Origin: Alphaproteobacteria bacterium
GTDB lineage: Bacteria; Pseudomonadota; Alphaproteobacteria; SP197
Direction of reading: 5' to 3'
Length of the DNA: 64,000 nt
Assembly: GCA_965228895.1 (NCBI GenBank)
Contig: OZ245842.1
Location: 1,760,001 to 1,824,000 of the forward strand
In this document: piece by piece, positions 39,318 to 49,951 of the stretch
Layout: each line of letters begins with the position of its first letter
How positions within the stretch are numbered: position 1 is the first letter of the stretch
The notes under the pieces: model-generated
The model's database searches: none
The model's input: the letters and a program-made list of their open reading frames with translations, nothing else
Told to the model about the DNA's origin: nothing
Made by a program: the position numbers and the translations under genes

Positions 39318-40955
39318 ATGGAGTTTGACGACCTCCACCATCAGGCAGATCGGCCGTTCAGTCAGGATCAAATCGATTACCTGTTGCCGCTGGGCCGCAC
39401 GATACATGTCGCGGCAGGCGATTACCTGTGGCGCACGGGCGATGTCACGGGCGACTTCCATGTCTTGCTGAAAGGCGTGCTCGATATTCTGGCCGATGCG
39501 GGATCGGAAGAAGAGCTCGTGTTTCGGGCGACGCCCGGTCAGTTCATGGGCGAGTTCAATTTCTTTACCGGCGAGCGACAGCCGCTTTCATGCCAGGCCC
39601 ATGAAGCATCCGACGTGCTGATCGTGCCGCGAGAGAAGATGCTTGGTGTGCTCTCGAATGTGCCTGAGATCAGCGACCTCGTCGTCACCGCTTTTGCCGC
39701 CAGGCGCCAGGTTGCCATGCAGCTCCAGGCCAGCGGTATGGTTGTTGTCGGATCGGAGGACGATCCGGTCGCAGGCCGATTGCGCGAGTTCGCGAGCCGC
39801 AATCAGATCCCGTGCGGCTGGGCAGAGTTGGGGTCACCGGCGGCCAAAACGTTAACCGAGCGCTTCGGCCTTGAAGGCAGCAAGACCGTTGCCATCGTGC
39901 ACGGTAAGACCGTGCTGCGCGAGCCGTCGAACCTTGAGATCGCCAAGGCGCTCGGATTGGACCGGGCCATTCGTGACGGTCGCAGGGCGGAGCTGATCGT
40001 TGTCGGCGCCGGGCCTGCCGGTCTGGCCGCATCTGTCTATGGCGCCTCGGAAGGCTTGGAGACGCTGGCGATCGAGGATACGGCAATCGGCGGTCAAGCT
40101 GGCTCGTCATCGCGCATTGAGAACTATCTGGGTTTTCCGACCGGCTTGTCTGGCATTGAGCTCGCCTATCGCGGCGAAGTTCAGGCCGTAAAGTTTGGCG
40201 CGCAACTGTCGGTGCCGAGCCACGCGACAAAGTTCTACCCCTGCGATGACGGCTTCTGCATCGAATTGGAAGACGGTGTGAAGCTGTTTGGCGCCAGCGT
40301 CGTCGTCGCATCCGGCGCACGGTACCGCAAACTCAGTGTCGACAACCTGGAAGCATACGAAGGCAAGGGGATCTTCTATGCGGCCACCGACTTCGAAGCG
40401 CAGTTTTGCCGCAAGACCGACGCCATCGTGGTCGGCGGCGGCAACTCGGCCGGCCAGGCGGCGATGTTCCTGTCGCGCCACGCCCACCATGTGCATGTGC
40501 TCGTGCGCAGCGCGAGCCTGGCGGCGAGCATGTCGCACTACCTGTTGTCGCGCTTGGAGAATGATCCGCGCATCACCATCCACTATCAGACCGAGATTGT
40601 CGCCTTGCATGGCGACCAACACCTGGAGCGGGTGACGCTGCGGCATCGCGACAGCACGAACGAACGTGACGTCGTGACGCGGGCTGTTTTCGTGATGATT
40701 GGCGCGGCGCCCAACGCGGGATGGCTCGGCGATACGGTAATGTTGGACAGTCACGGCTTTGTCCTGACGGGCACGGAGGCCGGCGCCACGACACCGTTCG
40801 AAACCAGCCTGCCGGGCGTGTTCGCGGTCGGCGACGTGCGTTCCGGCTCGGTCAAACGGGTCGCGTCGGCGGTCGGCGAGGGCTCCGTCGTCATCTCCTA
40901 TGTCCACCGCTATCTGATGAGCCGGCGCGAAGAGCTCGCGTCGCCCTCAGGCTAG
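39318..40955 (+). CDS. Cyclic-nucleotide-binding domain fused to a thioredoxin-reductase-like flavoprotein
   Basis: N-terminal cNMP fold (GQFMGE), GAGPAGL, SSRIENYLGFP, GGGNSAGQAA and GDVRSGSVKRVASAVGEG. Confidence 0.9.
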   Translation: MEFDDLHHQADRPFSQDQIDYLLPLGRTIHVAAGDYLWRTGDVTGDFHVLLKGVLDILADAGSEEELVFRATPGQFMGEFNFFTGERQPLSCQAHEASDVLIVPREKMLGVLSNVPEISDLVVTAFAARRQVAMQLQASGMVVVGSEDDPVAGRLREFASRNQIPCGWAELGSPAAKTLTERFGLEGSKTVAIVHGKTVLREPSNLEIAKALGLDRAIRDGRRAELIVVGAGPAGLAASVYGASEGLETLAIEDTAIGGQAGSSSRIENYLGFPTGLSGIELAYRGEVQAVKFGAQLSVPSHATKFYPCDDGFCIELEDGVKLFGASVVVASGARYRKLSVDNLEAYEGKGIFYAATDFEAQFCRKTDAIVVGGGNSAGQAAMFLSRHAHHVHVLVRSASLAASMSHYLLSRLENDPRITIHYQTEIVALHGDQHLERVTLRHRDSTNERDVVTRAVFVMIGAAPNAGWLGDTVMLDSHGFVLTGTEAGATTPFETSLPGVFAVGDVRSGSVKRVASAVGEGSVVISYVHRYLMSRREELASPSG

Positions 40956-40980
40956 GTGACGGGGTTTAACCGGGCTGCAA

Positions 40981-41009
40981 TTGACACCACGTTCTGGTCA
41001 CCCTAAGCA
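40981..41009 (+). promoter_or_regulatory. Putative sigma70 promoter for nadE-gltX
   Basis: TTGACA-N17-TAAGCA ending 27 nt upstream of the nadE ATG. Confidence 0.45.
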
Positions 41010-41036
41010 CCCCCTTCCAATCGGGACCGCTCCGTC

Positions 41037-42692
41037 ATGACCGACCACCTGAAGATCGCGCTTGCCCAACTCAACCCGACCGTGGGCGCCGTCGAGGCTA
41101 ATGCCGACAAGGTGCTGGCCGCGCGTGCGACGGCGGCCGGTGAAGGCGCCGATCTTCTGGTCACGTCCGAACTGGTCATCAACGGTTACCCGCCCGACGA
41201 TCTGGTGCTGCGTCCGGCATTCCAGGAACAGGTCGAGGCAGCGGTCGCACGCATTGCCGCGGCGACTGGCGATGGCGGACCGGCGGTCATTCTGGGTGCT
41301 AGTTACCGGCAGGACGGCGCGCTCTATAACGCCGCCTATCTGCTCGACGAGGGCGCGATCAAACATGTGCGTTTGAAGTATGACCTCCCGAACTACGGCG
41401 TGTTCGACGAAAAACGCGTTTTCAGCGGCGGCCCGTTGCCAGGTCCCGTGCCGTTCCGTGACGTCCGGCTGGGCGTTATGGTGTGCGAGGACATGTGGAC
41501 CGGCGAGGTCACCGAATGCCATGCAGAGAATGGCGCGGAGATCCTGATCGTTCCCAACGGCTCGCCCTTCGATGCGACCAAGACCGATGAGCGCCTGGCG
41601 CATGCCGTAGCCCGGGTCACGGAGTCCGGTCTGCCATTGGTCTACGTCAATCAGGTCGGCGGCCAGGACGAGTTGGTGTTCGACGGCGCATCCTTTGTCA
41701 TCGGTGCCGACCGCTCGCTGTGCACCCAACTGCCTTCGTGGGAGGAGGCGGTCGTCGTCACATCATGGCGGCGTGGCGATGATGGCTGGGTATGCGAGCC
41801 CGGCACGGTCGTTGCCGAAGCGGGCCGCCTGGAGAACATCTATCGTGCCATGGTCATGGGGCTCGCCGACTATGTCGGCAAGAATGGTTTCCCGGGCGTC
41901 TTGATCGGCCTTTCCGGCGGCATCGATTCCGCGTTGTCGGCGGCGGTCGCCGCTGACGCGCTGGGACCGGACAAGGTCCACTGCGTGATGATGCCATCCG
42001 AGTTCACCAGTGAGGAATCCCTGGACGACGCTGCGGGTTGCGCCGAGATGCTGGGCGTGCGCTTGGACAGCGTCTCGATCGCGCCGGCGGTCGACGCGTT
42101 CGACACCATGCTGCATGACCTCTTCGCCGGTACCGAACCCAACGAGGCCGAGGAGAACATACAGGCGCGAGCGCGCGGCATGACGTTAATGGCGCTCTCC
42201 AACAAGTTTGGTTCGATGGTGCTGTCGACCGGTAACAAGTCGGAGATGTCGGTCGGCTACGCAACGCTCTATGGCGACATGTGCGGCGGTTATTCCGTCC
42301 TGAAGGATGTCTACAAGACGGCGGTCTACGAACTCTCCGCCTGGCGTAACCAGCATATGCCAACCGGCGTGCTGGGCCCGGCGGGCCGGGTCATTCCGGA
42401 GAACATCATCACCAAGGCGCCGACGGCGGAGTTGAAGCCGGACCAGACCGACCAGGACAGCCTGCCGCCTTATGACGTGCTTGACGACATTCTGACGGGC
42501 CTGATCGAGGGCGAGGAGACGTTCGAGCAGGTCCAGGCACGCGGCCATGATCGCGCGCTCGTCAAACGTATTTGGAACATGCTGCTGCGCGCCGAATACA
42601 AACGCCGTCAGGCGCCGCCCGGCGTCAAGATCACGACGCGCGCCTTTGGGCGCGAGCGGCGCTACCCGATCACCAACCGTTTCCGTTCATGA
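41037..42692 (+). CDS. nadE: Glutamine-dependent NAD+ synthetase
   Basis: Nitrilase-like domain (SEL, LPNYGVFDEKR, CEDMW) plus GLSGGIDS, ENIQAR, TGNKSE and YKRRQAPPG. Confidence 0.96.
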   Translation: MTDHLKIALAQLNPTVGAVEANADKVLAARATAAGEGADLLVTSELVINGYPPDDLVLRPAFQEQVEAAVARIAAATGDGGPAVILGASYRQDGALYNAAYLLDEGAIKHVRLKYDLPNYGVFDEKRVFSGGPLPGPVPFRDVRLGVMVCEDMWTGEVTECHAENGAEILIVPNGSPFDATKTDERLAHAVARVTESGLPLVYVNQVGGQDELVFDGASFVIGADRSLCTQLPSWEEAVVVTSWRRGDDGWVCEPGTVVAEAGRLENIYRAMVMGLADYVGKNGFPGVLIGLSGGIDSALSAAVAADALGPDKVHCVMMPSEFTSEESLDDAAGCAEMLGVRLDSVSIAPAVDAFDTMLHDLFAGTEPNEAEENIQARARGMTLMALSNKFGSMVLSTGNKSEMSVGYATLYGDMCGGYSVLKDVYKTAVYELSAWRNQHMPTGVLGPAGRVIPENIITKAPTAELKPDQTDQDSLPPYDVLDDILTGLIEGEETFEQVQARGHDRALVKRIWNMLLRAEYKRRQAPPGVKITTRAFGRERRYPITNRFRS

Positions 42693-44035
42693 GTGTCGTC
42701 ACGCGTTTTGCGCCCAGCCCGACCGGCCGGCTTCATGTCGGCAACATCCGCACGGCGCTGATGAACTGGCTGATCGCGCGCCAGGCTGGTGGCACGTTTA
42801 TCCTGCGCCTGGACGATACCGACGCCGAACGGTCGACCGACGCCTATGCCGAGGGCATCCGCGACGACATGACCTGGCTCGGCCTGACGTGGGACTCCGA
42901 GGCCCGGCAGTCCGAGCGCATGGCACGCTACGAAGCCGCACGCGCCAAACTCGCCGACATGGGCCGCCTTTACCCCTGCTACGAGACGCCGGAGGAGTTG
43001 GAGACCCAGCGCAAGCTGCTGCGCGCCCGCGGACTGCCTCCGGTCTATGACCGCGGTGCACTTGCGCTGAGTGATGAGGACAAGGCGCGTCTCGAAACCG
43101 AAGGGCGGCAACCACACTGGCGTTTCCTTCTCGACGACAAGCCCATGGAGTTTGAGGATCTGATACGCGGCCCCGTCAGTTTCGAACCGGGCCATGTCAG
43201 CGATCCCGTGCTGATGCGCGAGAACGGCGTGCCCACTTACACGCTGGCCTCGGCCGTCGATGATATCGACATGGGCGTGACCCATGTGGTGCGTGGTGAG
43301 GATCACGTTGCCAACACCGCTGTCCAGATTGATCTGATTGCCGCGCTTGGCGGCGCGCCCATTCAGTTCGGTCACCATCCCCTTTTGACCGAGGCGTCCG
43401 GCGAAGGGCTCAGCAAACGCAAGGGCGGTGCGTCAATTGCCGAGCTGCGCGATGAGGGTCTGGAGCCGCTCGTGGTCCTGAGTTTCCTGGGCCGCCTCGG
43501 CACGTCCGACCCGATCGAGCCGTTGCATGCGATGCAGGCGTTGATCGATGGCTTTGCGTTCTCGAAGATCTCACGCAATCCGCCGCGCTACGACCCCGAG
43601 GAACTGCGCGCGCTGAATGCCAAGTGGCTGCACGAAGCTTCGTTTGATGATGTCGCCGAGCAGCTTAAGGCGCTTGGCCTGAACACGGTTGATGCGGCGT
43701 TCTGGCAGGCGGTGCAGGGCAATCTTCAGCGCCTGACGGATCTGGGCGCCTGGTGGGAGATCTGCAGGGAGCCGATCGACCCGGGCGTGTATCCCGAAGA
43801 CGCCGCGTTTGTGCGGAATGCTGCCGACCTGCTGCCGGCCGAACCCTGGGATGAGACGACATGGGGTGTTTGGACCGGTGCGCTTAAGGAGAAAACCGGA
43901 CGCAAGGGACGGTCTTTGTTCATGCCGCTCCGTCTTGCGTTAACCGGCTTGGAGCACGGTCCGGAGCTGAAATCTCTGCTGCCTTTTATCGGCCGCGAGC
44001 GGGCGCGTGAGCGGTTGACGGGTCATGTGGCGTAG
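42689..44035 (+). CDS. gltX: Glutamate--tRNA ligase
   Basis: ATGA overlap with nadE; TRFAPSPTG-HVGN, RGEDH, LSKR and LFMPLRLALTG. Confidence 0.95.
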   Translation: MSVVTRFAPSPTGRLHVGNIRTALMNWLIARQAGGTFILRLDDTDAERSTDAYAEGIRDDMTWLGLTWDSEARQSERMARYEAARAKLADMGRLYPCYETPEELETQRKLLRARGLPPVYDRGALALSDEDKARLETEGRQPHWRFLLDDKPMEFEDLIRGPVSFEPGHVSDPVLMRENGVPTYTLASAVDDIDMGVTHVVRGEDHVANTAVQIDLIAALGGAPIQFGHHPLLTEASGEGLSKRKGGASIAELRDEGLEPLVVLSFLGRLGTSDPIEPLHAMQALIDGFAFSKISRNPPRYDPEELRALNAKWLHEASFDDVAEQLKALGLNTVDAAFWQAVQGNLQRLTDLGAWWEICREPIDPGVYPEDAAFVRNAADLLPAEPWDETTWGVWTGALKEKTGRKGRSLFMPLRLALTGLEHGPELKSLLPFIGRERARERLTGHVA

Positions 44036-44216
44036 GGGACGCATGACCCCATTACGTTGCCTCCGAGGCCCAACGGGTCTATATAGCCCGCGTTATGGAA
44101 CGGATGTCCCAGCGATGTTGCAAAGCAGTCGGGCGAATTATCGCCTGACAGTCCTTGAAGGCCCGCGCTTGACGTGCGGCCCGACGCTTTGCCATTTCTG
44201 ATCGGGAACCGACCCC

Positions 44217-45587
44217 ATGACCGTCACGACACAGCTCAAACTCCACAATACGCTTGCTCGCGAAAAGCAGGTCTTCGAGCCGCTCGATGCCGACAATGTG
44301 CGGTTCTATGTCTGCGGCCCGACGGTCTACAGCCTGATCCACCTGGGCAACGCGCGGCCGCTGGTGGTCTTCGACGTGATGTTCCGGCTGTTGCGCCACG
44401 TCTATGGCCCCGACCACGTCACCTATGTCCGCAACATCACGGACGTCGAGGACAAGATCAACACAGCGGCTAAAGAGAACAACGAGCCGATTGACGCGCT
44501 GACCGCGCGCACCATCGTGCAGCTCCACAAGGATACGCAGGCGCTGAACTGCCTGGAGCCGAGCGCGGAGCCGCGCGCAACGCAGCATATCGACGGCATG
44601 ATTGCGATGATCGAAAATCTGATCGCGAAGGGTCACGCGTATGAAGCCGAAGGTCACGTGCTGTTCGACGTGCAGTCGTGGCCGGATTACGGCCAGCTCT
44701 CGGGCAACAGCCGCGACGAGATCGTCGCGGGCGCGCGTGTCGAGGTTGCGCCTTACAAACGCGATGCCGCGGACTTCGTGCTGTGGAAACCGTCGAGCGA
44801 CGATCTGCCCGGCTGGGATAGTCCGTGGGGTCGCGGCCGGCCGGGCTGGCACATCGAATGCTCGGCGATGAGCCTGGCCCATCTGGGCGCGACGTTCGAC
44901 ATCCACGGCGGCGGGCGTGACCTGATCTTTCCACACCATGAAAACGAGATCGCACAGACGCTATGCGGTGTCGAGAACGCGGGTTTCGCGCGCTACTGGA
45001 TGCATAATGGGTTTCTCGTGGTGAACGGCGAGAAGATGGCGAAGTCGCTCGGCAATTTCTTCACCGTCCGCGAGCTACTCGAAGATTGGCCGGGTGAGGT
45101 GCTGCGTTATGCGTTGCTCAGCACCCACTACCGCCAGCCGCTGGATTTCACTATGGACGGCCTTGGCCAGGCGCGTTTGTCGCTCAACCGGTTCTATAAC
45201 GCCATGCGTCACGCTGGCGAGCCCGGGACTGGCGAGGTGCCGGCGAAGGTGCGCGACGCCCTGGCCGATGACCTCAACACGCCCTTGGCGTTGAGCCATC
45301 TGCACGAACTGGCCGATCGTGTCTTCAAGGGCGACAACGAGGCGGCGATGGCGTTGAGAGCGGGCGGCAACATGCTCGGTCTGTTGCGGGAAACCGCAGC
45401 GGACTGGTTTGTCGGCGGCGCGGACGAAGATGTCGTCGCGTCGATCGAGGCGCGCCTTGCGGCGCGTGTCGCGGCGCGCAAAGCGAAAGACTTTGCCGAA
45501 GCCGACCGCATTCGCGACGAACTCCAGGCCGAAGGCATCGAGCTGGAAGACGGGCCCGACGGCACCACGTGGCGGCGAGTCCGATGA
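44217..45587 (+). CDS. cysS: Cysteine--tRNA ligase
   Basis: [33 protein letters not shown] and KMAKS. Confidence 0.97.
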   Translation: MTVTTQLKLHNTLAREKQVFEPLDADNVRFYVCGPTVYSLIHLGNARPLVVFDVMFRLLRHVYGPDHVTYVRNITDVEDKINTAAKENNEPIDALTARTIVQLHKDTQALNCLEPSAEPRATQHIDGMIAMIENLIAKGHAYEAEGHVLFDVQSWPDYGQLSGNSRDEIVAGARVEVAPYKRDAADFVLWKPSSDDLPGWDSPWGRGRPGWHIECSAMSLAHLGATFDIHGGGRDLIFPHHENEIAQTLCGVENAGFARYWMHNGFLVVNGEKMAKSLGNFFTVRELLEDWPGEVLRYALLSTHYRQPLDFTMDGLGQARLSLNRFYNAMRHAGEPGTGEVPAKVRDALADDLNTPLALSHLHELADRVFKGDNEAAMALRAGGNMLGLLRETAADWFVGGADEDVVASIEARLAARVAARKAKDFAEADRIRDELQAEGIELEDGPDGTTWRRVR

Positions 45588-47176
45588 GCGGCGAGCGCGT
45601 CTATCTGTTCGACACGACCCTGCGCGACGGGGCGCAGACCCGCGGTGTCGACTTCTCGGTCTCAGAGAAGGTGCAGATTGCCGCGGCGTTGGACGAACTC
45701 GGCATCGACTATGTCGAAGGTGGATGGCCCGGCGCCAACCCGACCGATGATGCCTTCTTCGCCGCACCGCCCCAACTTAAGGCCGCAACGCTGACCGCCT
45801 TTGGCATGACGCGGCGGCCCGGCCGCAGCGTCGACAATGATCCGGGCGTGCAGGCAGTGATGCAGGCCAAGACGCCGGCGATCTGTCTGGTCGGCAAGTC
45901 CTGGGACTTCCATGTCGATGTCGCCCTGGAGATCACCAAGGACGAGAACGTCGCCATGATCGCCGACTCAATGGCGCATGCCGTCGCGGATGGGCGCGAG
46001 GCGATGTTCGACGCCGAGCATTTTTTTGATGGTTACAAGTCCGACCCTGGTTTCGTCCTGTCGTGTCTGCAGGCGGCCCTCGACGCCGGCGCCCGCTGGG
46101 TCGTGCTGTGCGACACCAACGGTGGCACGTTGCCCAGCGAAGTCGGACGTATCGTTACCGACGTCACGGCCAAGCTGCCGCACGACAAGATCGGGATCCA
46201 CGCCCACAACGACACCGGCAATGCCGTTGCCAACACGCTGGTGGCCGTCGAGGCAGGCGCGCGCCAAGTGCAGGGCACGCTGAACGGCCTGGGTGAGCGA
46301 TGCGGAAATGCTGACCTGATCACGGTGCTGCCGACCTTGGCGCTGAAATCGGACTACGAGCTGGGCGTCACCGACACGCAGCTGGCCCATGTCACGCGCA
46401 TCTCGCGCATGTTGGACGAACTGCTGAACCGTGCGCCCGACCGCCATGCGCCTTATGTCGGCGCGTCAGCCTTTGCCCACAAAGGCGGGCTGCACGTTTC
46501 TGCCGTCCTCAAGGACCCGCGGACCTACGAGCATATCGAGCCGGAGCGGGTCGGCAACGCGCGTCATATCGTCGTCTCCGACCAGTCCGGCCGGGCCAAT
46601 GTGCTGGCGCGCCTCGCTGAGGCTGGCATGGTGGTCGACCCCGATCACAACAAGCTGCCGCGCCTGATCGAAGAGGTGAAGGCGCGCGAGTTCGAGGGCT
46701 ATACCTATGACGGCGCCGAGGCGAGCTTTGAGCTGTTGGCCCGGCGTACCCTTGAAAGCGTGCCGGATTACTTTGAGGTCGACAGTTTCCGCGTCCTGGT
46801 CGAGCGCCGCTTCAACGCGCTCGGCAAACTGGTCACCCTGTCGGAAGCGACGGTCAAGATCGTCATCGACGATCAACGGCTCTTGTCCGTCGCCGAAGGC
46901 AACGGTCCGGTCGACGCCCTCAACGTGGCGCTCAGGAAGGACCTCGGCAAGTATTCGGAATACCTGCACGACTGCCGCCTGGTCGACTACAAGGTCAGGA
47001 TTTTGAGCCCGCAGGCCGGTACCGCCGCGGTCACGCGCGTCATGATCGAAAGCGCCGACGAGGCGGGTACGCGCTGGTCGACGGTCGGTTTGTCGACCAA
47101 CATCATCGATGCGTCGTTCCAGGCGCTGACCGACAGCATCCGTTACAAGCTGATGCGCGACAACGCGCCGGCCTGA
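45584..47176 (+). CDS. cimA: (R)-citramalate synthase
   Basis: DTTLRDGAQ, GKSWDFHV, FDAEHFFDG, LCDTNGG, HAHND, AFAHKGGLH and GNGPVDAL; ATGA overlap with cysS. Confidence 0.93.
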   Translation: MSGERVYLFDTTLRDGAQTRGVDFSVSEKVQIAAALDELGIDYVEGGWPGANPTDDAFFAAPPQLKAATLTAFGMTRRPGRSVDNDPGVQAVMQAKTPAICLVGKSWDFHVDVALEITKDENVAMIADSMAHAVADGREAMFDAEHFFDGYKSDPGFVLSCLQAALDAGARWVVLCDTNGGTLPSEVGRIVTDVTAKLPHDKIGIHAHNDTGNAVANTLVAVEAGARQVQGTLNGLGERCGNADLITVLPTLALKSDYELGVTDTQLAHVTRISRMLDELLNRAPDRHAPYVGASAFAHKGGLHVSAVLKDPRTYEHIEPERVGNARHIVVSDQSGRANVLARLAEAGMVVDPDHNKLPRLIEEVKAREFEGYTYDGAEASFELLARRTLESVPDYFEVDSFRVLVERRFNALGKLVTLSEATVKIVIDDQRLLSVAEGNGPVDALNVALRKDLGKYSEYLHDCRLVDYKVRILSPQAGTAAVTRVMIESADEAGTRWSTVGLSTNIIDASFQALTDSIRYKLMRDNAPA

Positions 47177-47182
47177 CACCCG

Positions 47183-47944
47183 ATGCCGTCATCGCCGCCC
47201 GCGATCATTCTGGTCCGCCCGCAAATGGGCGAGAACATCGGTGCGGCGGCCCGCGCCATGATGAACTTCGGCCTGACCGATATGCGGATCGTCGCGCCGC
47301 GCGACGGCTGGCCCAACCCGGCCGCCGAAGCCATGGCGGCCAGTGCCGTGTCGATCCTGGCCGATGCCCGGCTGTTCGACACCGCCGCCGAGGCGGTGGC
47401 CGATCTCGCCCACCTCTGGGCGACGACAGCACGCCAGCGCTACATGCTGAAACCCAGCCACACGCCGCGCCACGCCGCCGGTCTGATGCACATGGGCGCC
47501 CGCCACCAGGAAGCCAGCGGTATCCTGTTCGGACCCGAGCGCACCGGCCTCGATAACGACGAGGTGGCGTTGGCCCACGCGGTTCTGAATATCCCGGCGA
47601 ACCCTCAGATGAACTCGCTCAATCTTGCGCAGGCCGTTCTGCTGGCGGGCTACGAGTGGTTCCAGGCGGCCGACGAAACGCCCGGCGAGACGCTGCGCGA
47701 AGGCAAGACTAGGCCGGCGAACGCCGAGGAGCTTGAGGGTTTCTTCGATCACCTGATCGGCGAACTCGATACCTGCGGTTTCCTGCGCAACCAGCAGCAT
47801 CGCCCGATCATGGTGCGCAACATCCGCAACATGTTCCTGCGCGCCGGTCTGTTCGAACAGGAAGTCCGGACCCTGCGTGGCATCGTGAGCTGTCTGGTGA
47901 ACGGCCGCCGTCCCCTGCCGCACGATGACGGGGAAGGGGCATGA
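47183..47944 (+). CDS. trmJ: tRNA/rRNA methyltransferase (SPOUT, TrmJ/LasT)
   Basis: PQMGENIGAAARAMMNFG, FGPERTGL and SLNLAQAV. Confidence 0.9.
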   Translation: MPSSPPAIILVRPQMGENIGAAARAMMNFGLTDMRIVAPRDGWPNPAAEAMAASAVSILADARLFDTAAEAVADLAHLWATTARQRYMLKPSHTPRHAAGLMHMGARHQEASGILFGPERTGLDNDEVALAHAVLNIPANPQMNSLNLAQAVLLAGYEWFQAADETPGETLREGKTRPANAEELEGFFDHLIGELDTCGFLRNQQHRPIMVRNIRNMFLRAGLFEQEVRTLRGIVSCLVNGRRPLPHDDGEGA

Positions 47945-48717
47945 AATCCCGGTGTTTGCTTCCGCTCGTCGTTCTGCTGGCGCTCGGCTCCTGCGCGGCG
48001 TCGTGGATGCAGTTCAAATCGGTGCCGCCCGATGGTGGCCAACCGGAGACGGTGACCGGCCTGTTGCGCGTGCCGGACGGCGGTGGCCGCCATCCCGCTG
48101 TTGTGCTGCTGCCCGACTGTGATGGCGTCGGCCCGCACGAGCGCCGGTGGGGTCGTGATCTGGCTGAGGCCGGCTACGTCAGCTACGTCATCGACCACCA
48201 TTTCACGCGCGGAGGCGGCGAGCGATGTGCCGATCCGCTGGACCCGGCTGTGCTGCTGGGCGACGCCCAGGGAGCTCTGGAGAAGCTGGCCGGCGAAGAC
48301 TATGTCGACGCCGAGCGTTTGGCGGTGATCGGCTGGGCCAACGGCGGTGACATCGCCCTAGACCTGGTCGCCGCTTCCGAACTGCTGCCCGGCACCGAGG
48401 GCGTGCGGATGGTGGCGGCTTTCTATCCGACCTGTGAAGGGGCGGGTTACCTCCGCGAGGAAGCCCTGATCATCCTGCCCGATCAGTATCCCGCAGCCGT
48501 GGCATGCCGCGCCTATGCCGAATCGCAGGCTGGCGGCGGCGAAGCGCCGGTCCGGCTGGTTCCGGTTCCGGGCGCCGAAGCGGGTTTCGATTGCCGGATA
48601 TGTCCGGATGGCTACAGGGGCCAGGACGATGTCTATGACCCCGCCCAGACCGAGCGGATCCGCCAGGTTCTGTTGGATGAGCTGGATCGCCTGATCGGCC
48701 CCGATTCGGCCCCTTAG
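47941..48717 (+). CDS. Lipoprotein with dienelactone-hydrolase-like fold, catalytic residues degenerate
   Basis: Lipobox LGSC; [24 protein letters not shown] and PGAEAGFD; ATGA overlap with trmJ. Confidence 0.8.
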   Translation: MKSRCLLPLVVLLALGSCAASWMQFKSVPPDGGQPETVTGLLRVPDGGGRHPAVVLLPDCDGVGPHERRWGRDLAEAGYVSYVIDHHFTRGGGERCADPLDPAVLLGDAQGALEKLAGEDYVDAERLAVIGWANGGDIALDLVAASELLPGTEGVRMVAAFYPTCEGAGYLREEALIILPDQYPAAVACRAYAESQAGGGEAPVRLVPVPGAEAGFDCRICPDGYRGQDDVYDPAQTERIRQVLLDELDRLIGPDSAP

Positions 48718-48746
48718 ATGGCAACCGAAACACTCCGGAAAGCTGT

Positions 48747-48775
48747 TTGACATTGGCGGGCCAGGGGACTACAAC
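48747..48775 (+). promoter_or_regulatory. Sigma70 promoter of rpsD
   Basis: TTGACA-N17-TACAAC followed by a GC-rich discriminator, about 60 nt upstream of rpsD. Confidence 0.7.
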
Positions 48776-48835
48776 CCGCCAGCGCTCCGCAGGACGGGGC
48801 GTTATCCGTTTTTATGGCTTAGAACCAAGGCGTCC

Positions 48836-49456
48836 ATGACGAAACGTCTGTCATCGAAGTACAAGATTTGCCGCCGCCACGGCGTCAATCTCTGGGGCCG
48901 GCCCAAGAGCCCGACCAACAAGCGCGACTACGGCCCCGGCCAGCATGGCCAGGGACGCCGCCGCAAGCCGACTGACTATGGCGTGCAGCTTGCCGCCAAG
49001 CAGAAGCTGAAGGGCTACTACGGCAATATCACCGAGCGCCAGTTCCGGCGCACGTTCGAAGAGGCCTATAAGCGCCGGGGCGATACGATCGAGAACCTGA
49101 TCGGCCTGCTTGAGCGCCGCCTGGACATCGTGATCTACCGCATGAAGTTCGTGCCGACCGTGTTTGCCGCGCGCCAGTTCGTCAATCACGGCCACATCCA
49201 CGTCAACGGCAAGAGGGTCACGATCCCCAGCTACCGCGTGGCGCCGGGTGATGTCATCGAAGTTAAGCAGAAATCCCAGGAACTGCCCCTGGTTCTGGAA
49301 GCCGTCGCGTCGAGCGAGCGCGATGTGCCCGAATACATGGCCGTCGATTTCGACAAAATGAACGGCACCTATGTGCGGGTCCCGACCTTTGTGGAGGTAC
49401 CGTACCCCGTACAGATGGAGCCGAACCTGGTGGTCGAGTTTTATTCGAGCGGTTGA
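48836..49456 (+). CDS. rpsD: 30S ribosomal protein S4
   Basis: [39 protein letters not shown] and VVEFYS. Confidence 0.98.
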   Translation: MTKRLSSKYKICRRHGVNLWGRPKSPTNKRDYGPGQHGQGRRRKPTDYGVQLAAKQKLKGYYGNITERQFRRTFEEAYKRRGDTIENLIGLLERRLDIVIYRMKFVPTVFAARQFVNHGHIHVNGKRVTIPSYRVAPGDVIEVKQKSQELPLVLEAVASSERDVPEYMAVDFDKMNGTYVRVPTFVEVPYPVQMEPNLVVEFYSSG

Positions 49457-49477
49457 TCGCTCAAGAGATTCAAGACC

Positions 49478-49512
49478 AGGGCCGCGGCTCCCGATGGGAC
49501 CGCGGCCCTTTT
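49478..49512 (+). terminator. Rho-independent terminator after rpsD
   Basis: GGGCCGCGG-CTCCC-gat-GGGA-CCGCGGCCC stem followed by TTTT. Confidence 0.75.
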
Positions 49513-49532
49513 CGTTGGGGGAGGGATCAACG

Positions 49533-49889
49533 GTGGCAGACGATAGTGGGCTTCAGGGCGCGGCCCTGCTTTACATGGTGCGCTCCTGGGTCGATCCGGA
49601 GTTGGGCCAGCCTTATCTGGACTGGCTTGAGGCCAAACACATGGCCGAGGTGTGCGCGGAGCCGGGTTTCCTGTGGGCGCGCAAGGTCGAACTCGACCAG
49701 ACCGATTGTTCGGGCTGGAAGGGCTATCTGCTCGTCTACGGCCTCGCCGACCGCGCATCGCTTGACGCCTATATGAAGAGTCCCGCGCGCGACGGTTTCT
49801 GGAAGGAATTGGAGGCGTTCGAGGAGATCCATTATTCCGAACGTTTCTTCGGGGCCATGGACTTCGCCACGGCAGCGGCCGGCTCCTAA
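49533..49889 (+). CDS. Small dimeric alpha-beta barrel protein (DUF4286/EthD-like)
   Basis: GTG at 49533 after GGGGAGG; YLDWLEAKHMAEVCAEPGFLWAR...YLLVY...SLDAYM. Confidence 0.7.
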   Translation: MADDSGLQGAALLYMVRSWVDPELGQPYLDWLEAKHMAEVCAEPGFLWARKVELDQTDCSGWKGYLLVYGLADRASLDAYMKSPARDGFWKELEAFEEIHYSERFFGAMDFATAAAGS

Positions 49890-49893
49890 ACGA

Positions 49894-49928
49894 AGAGAAC
49901 CCCGCCACGGGGGGTGGCGAGGTCCTCT
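49894..49928. terminator. Hairpin between convergent genes
   Basis: AGAGAACCCCGCCAC-gggg-GTGGCGAGGTCCTCT imperfect stem. Confidence 0.55.
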
Positions 49929-49951
49929 AGTTGGTTCGACTGAAAGAGTCT

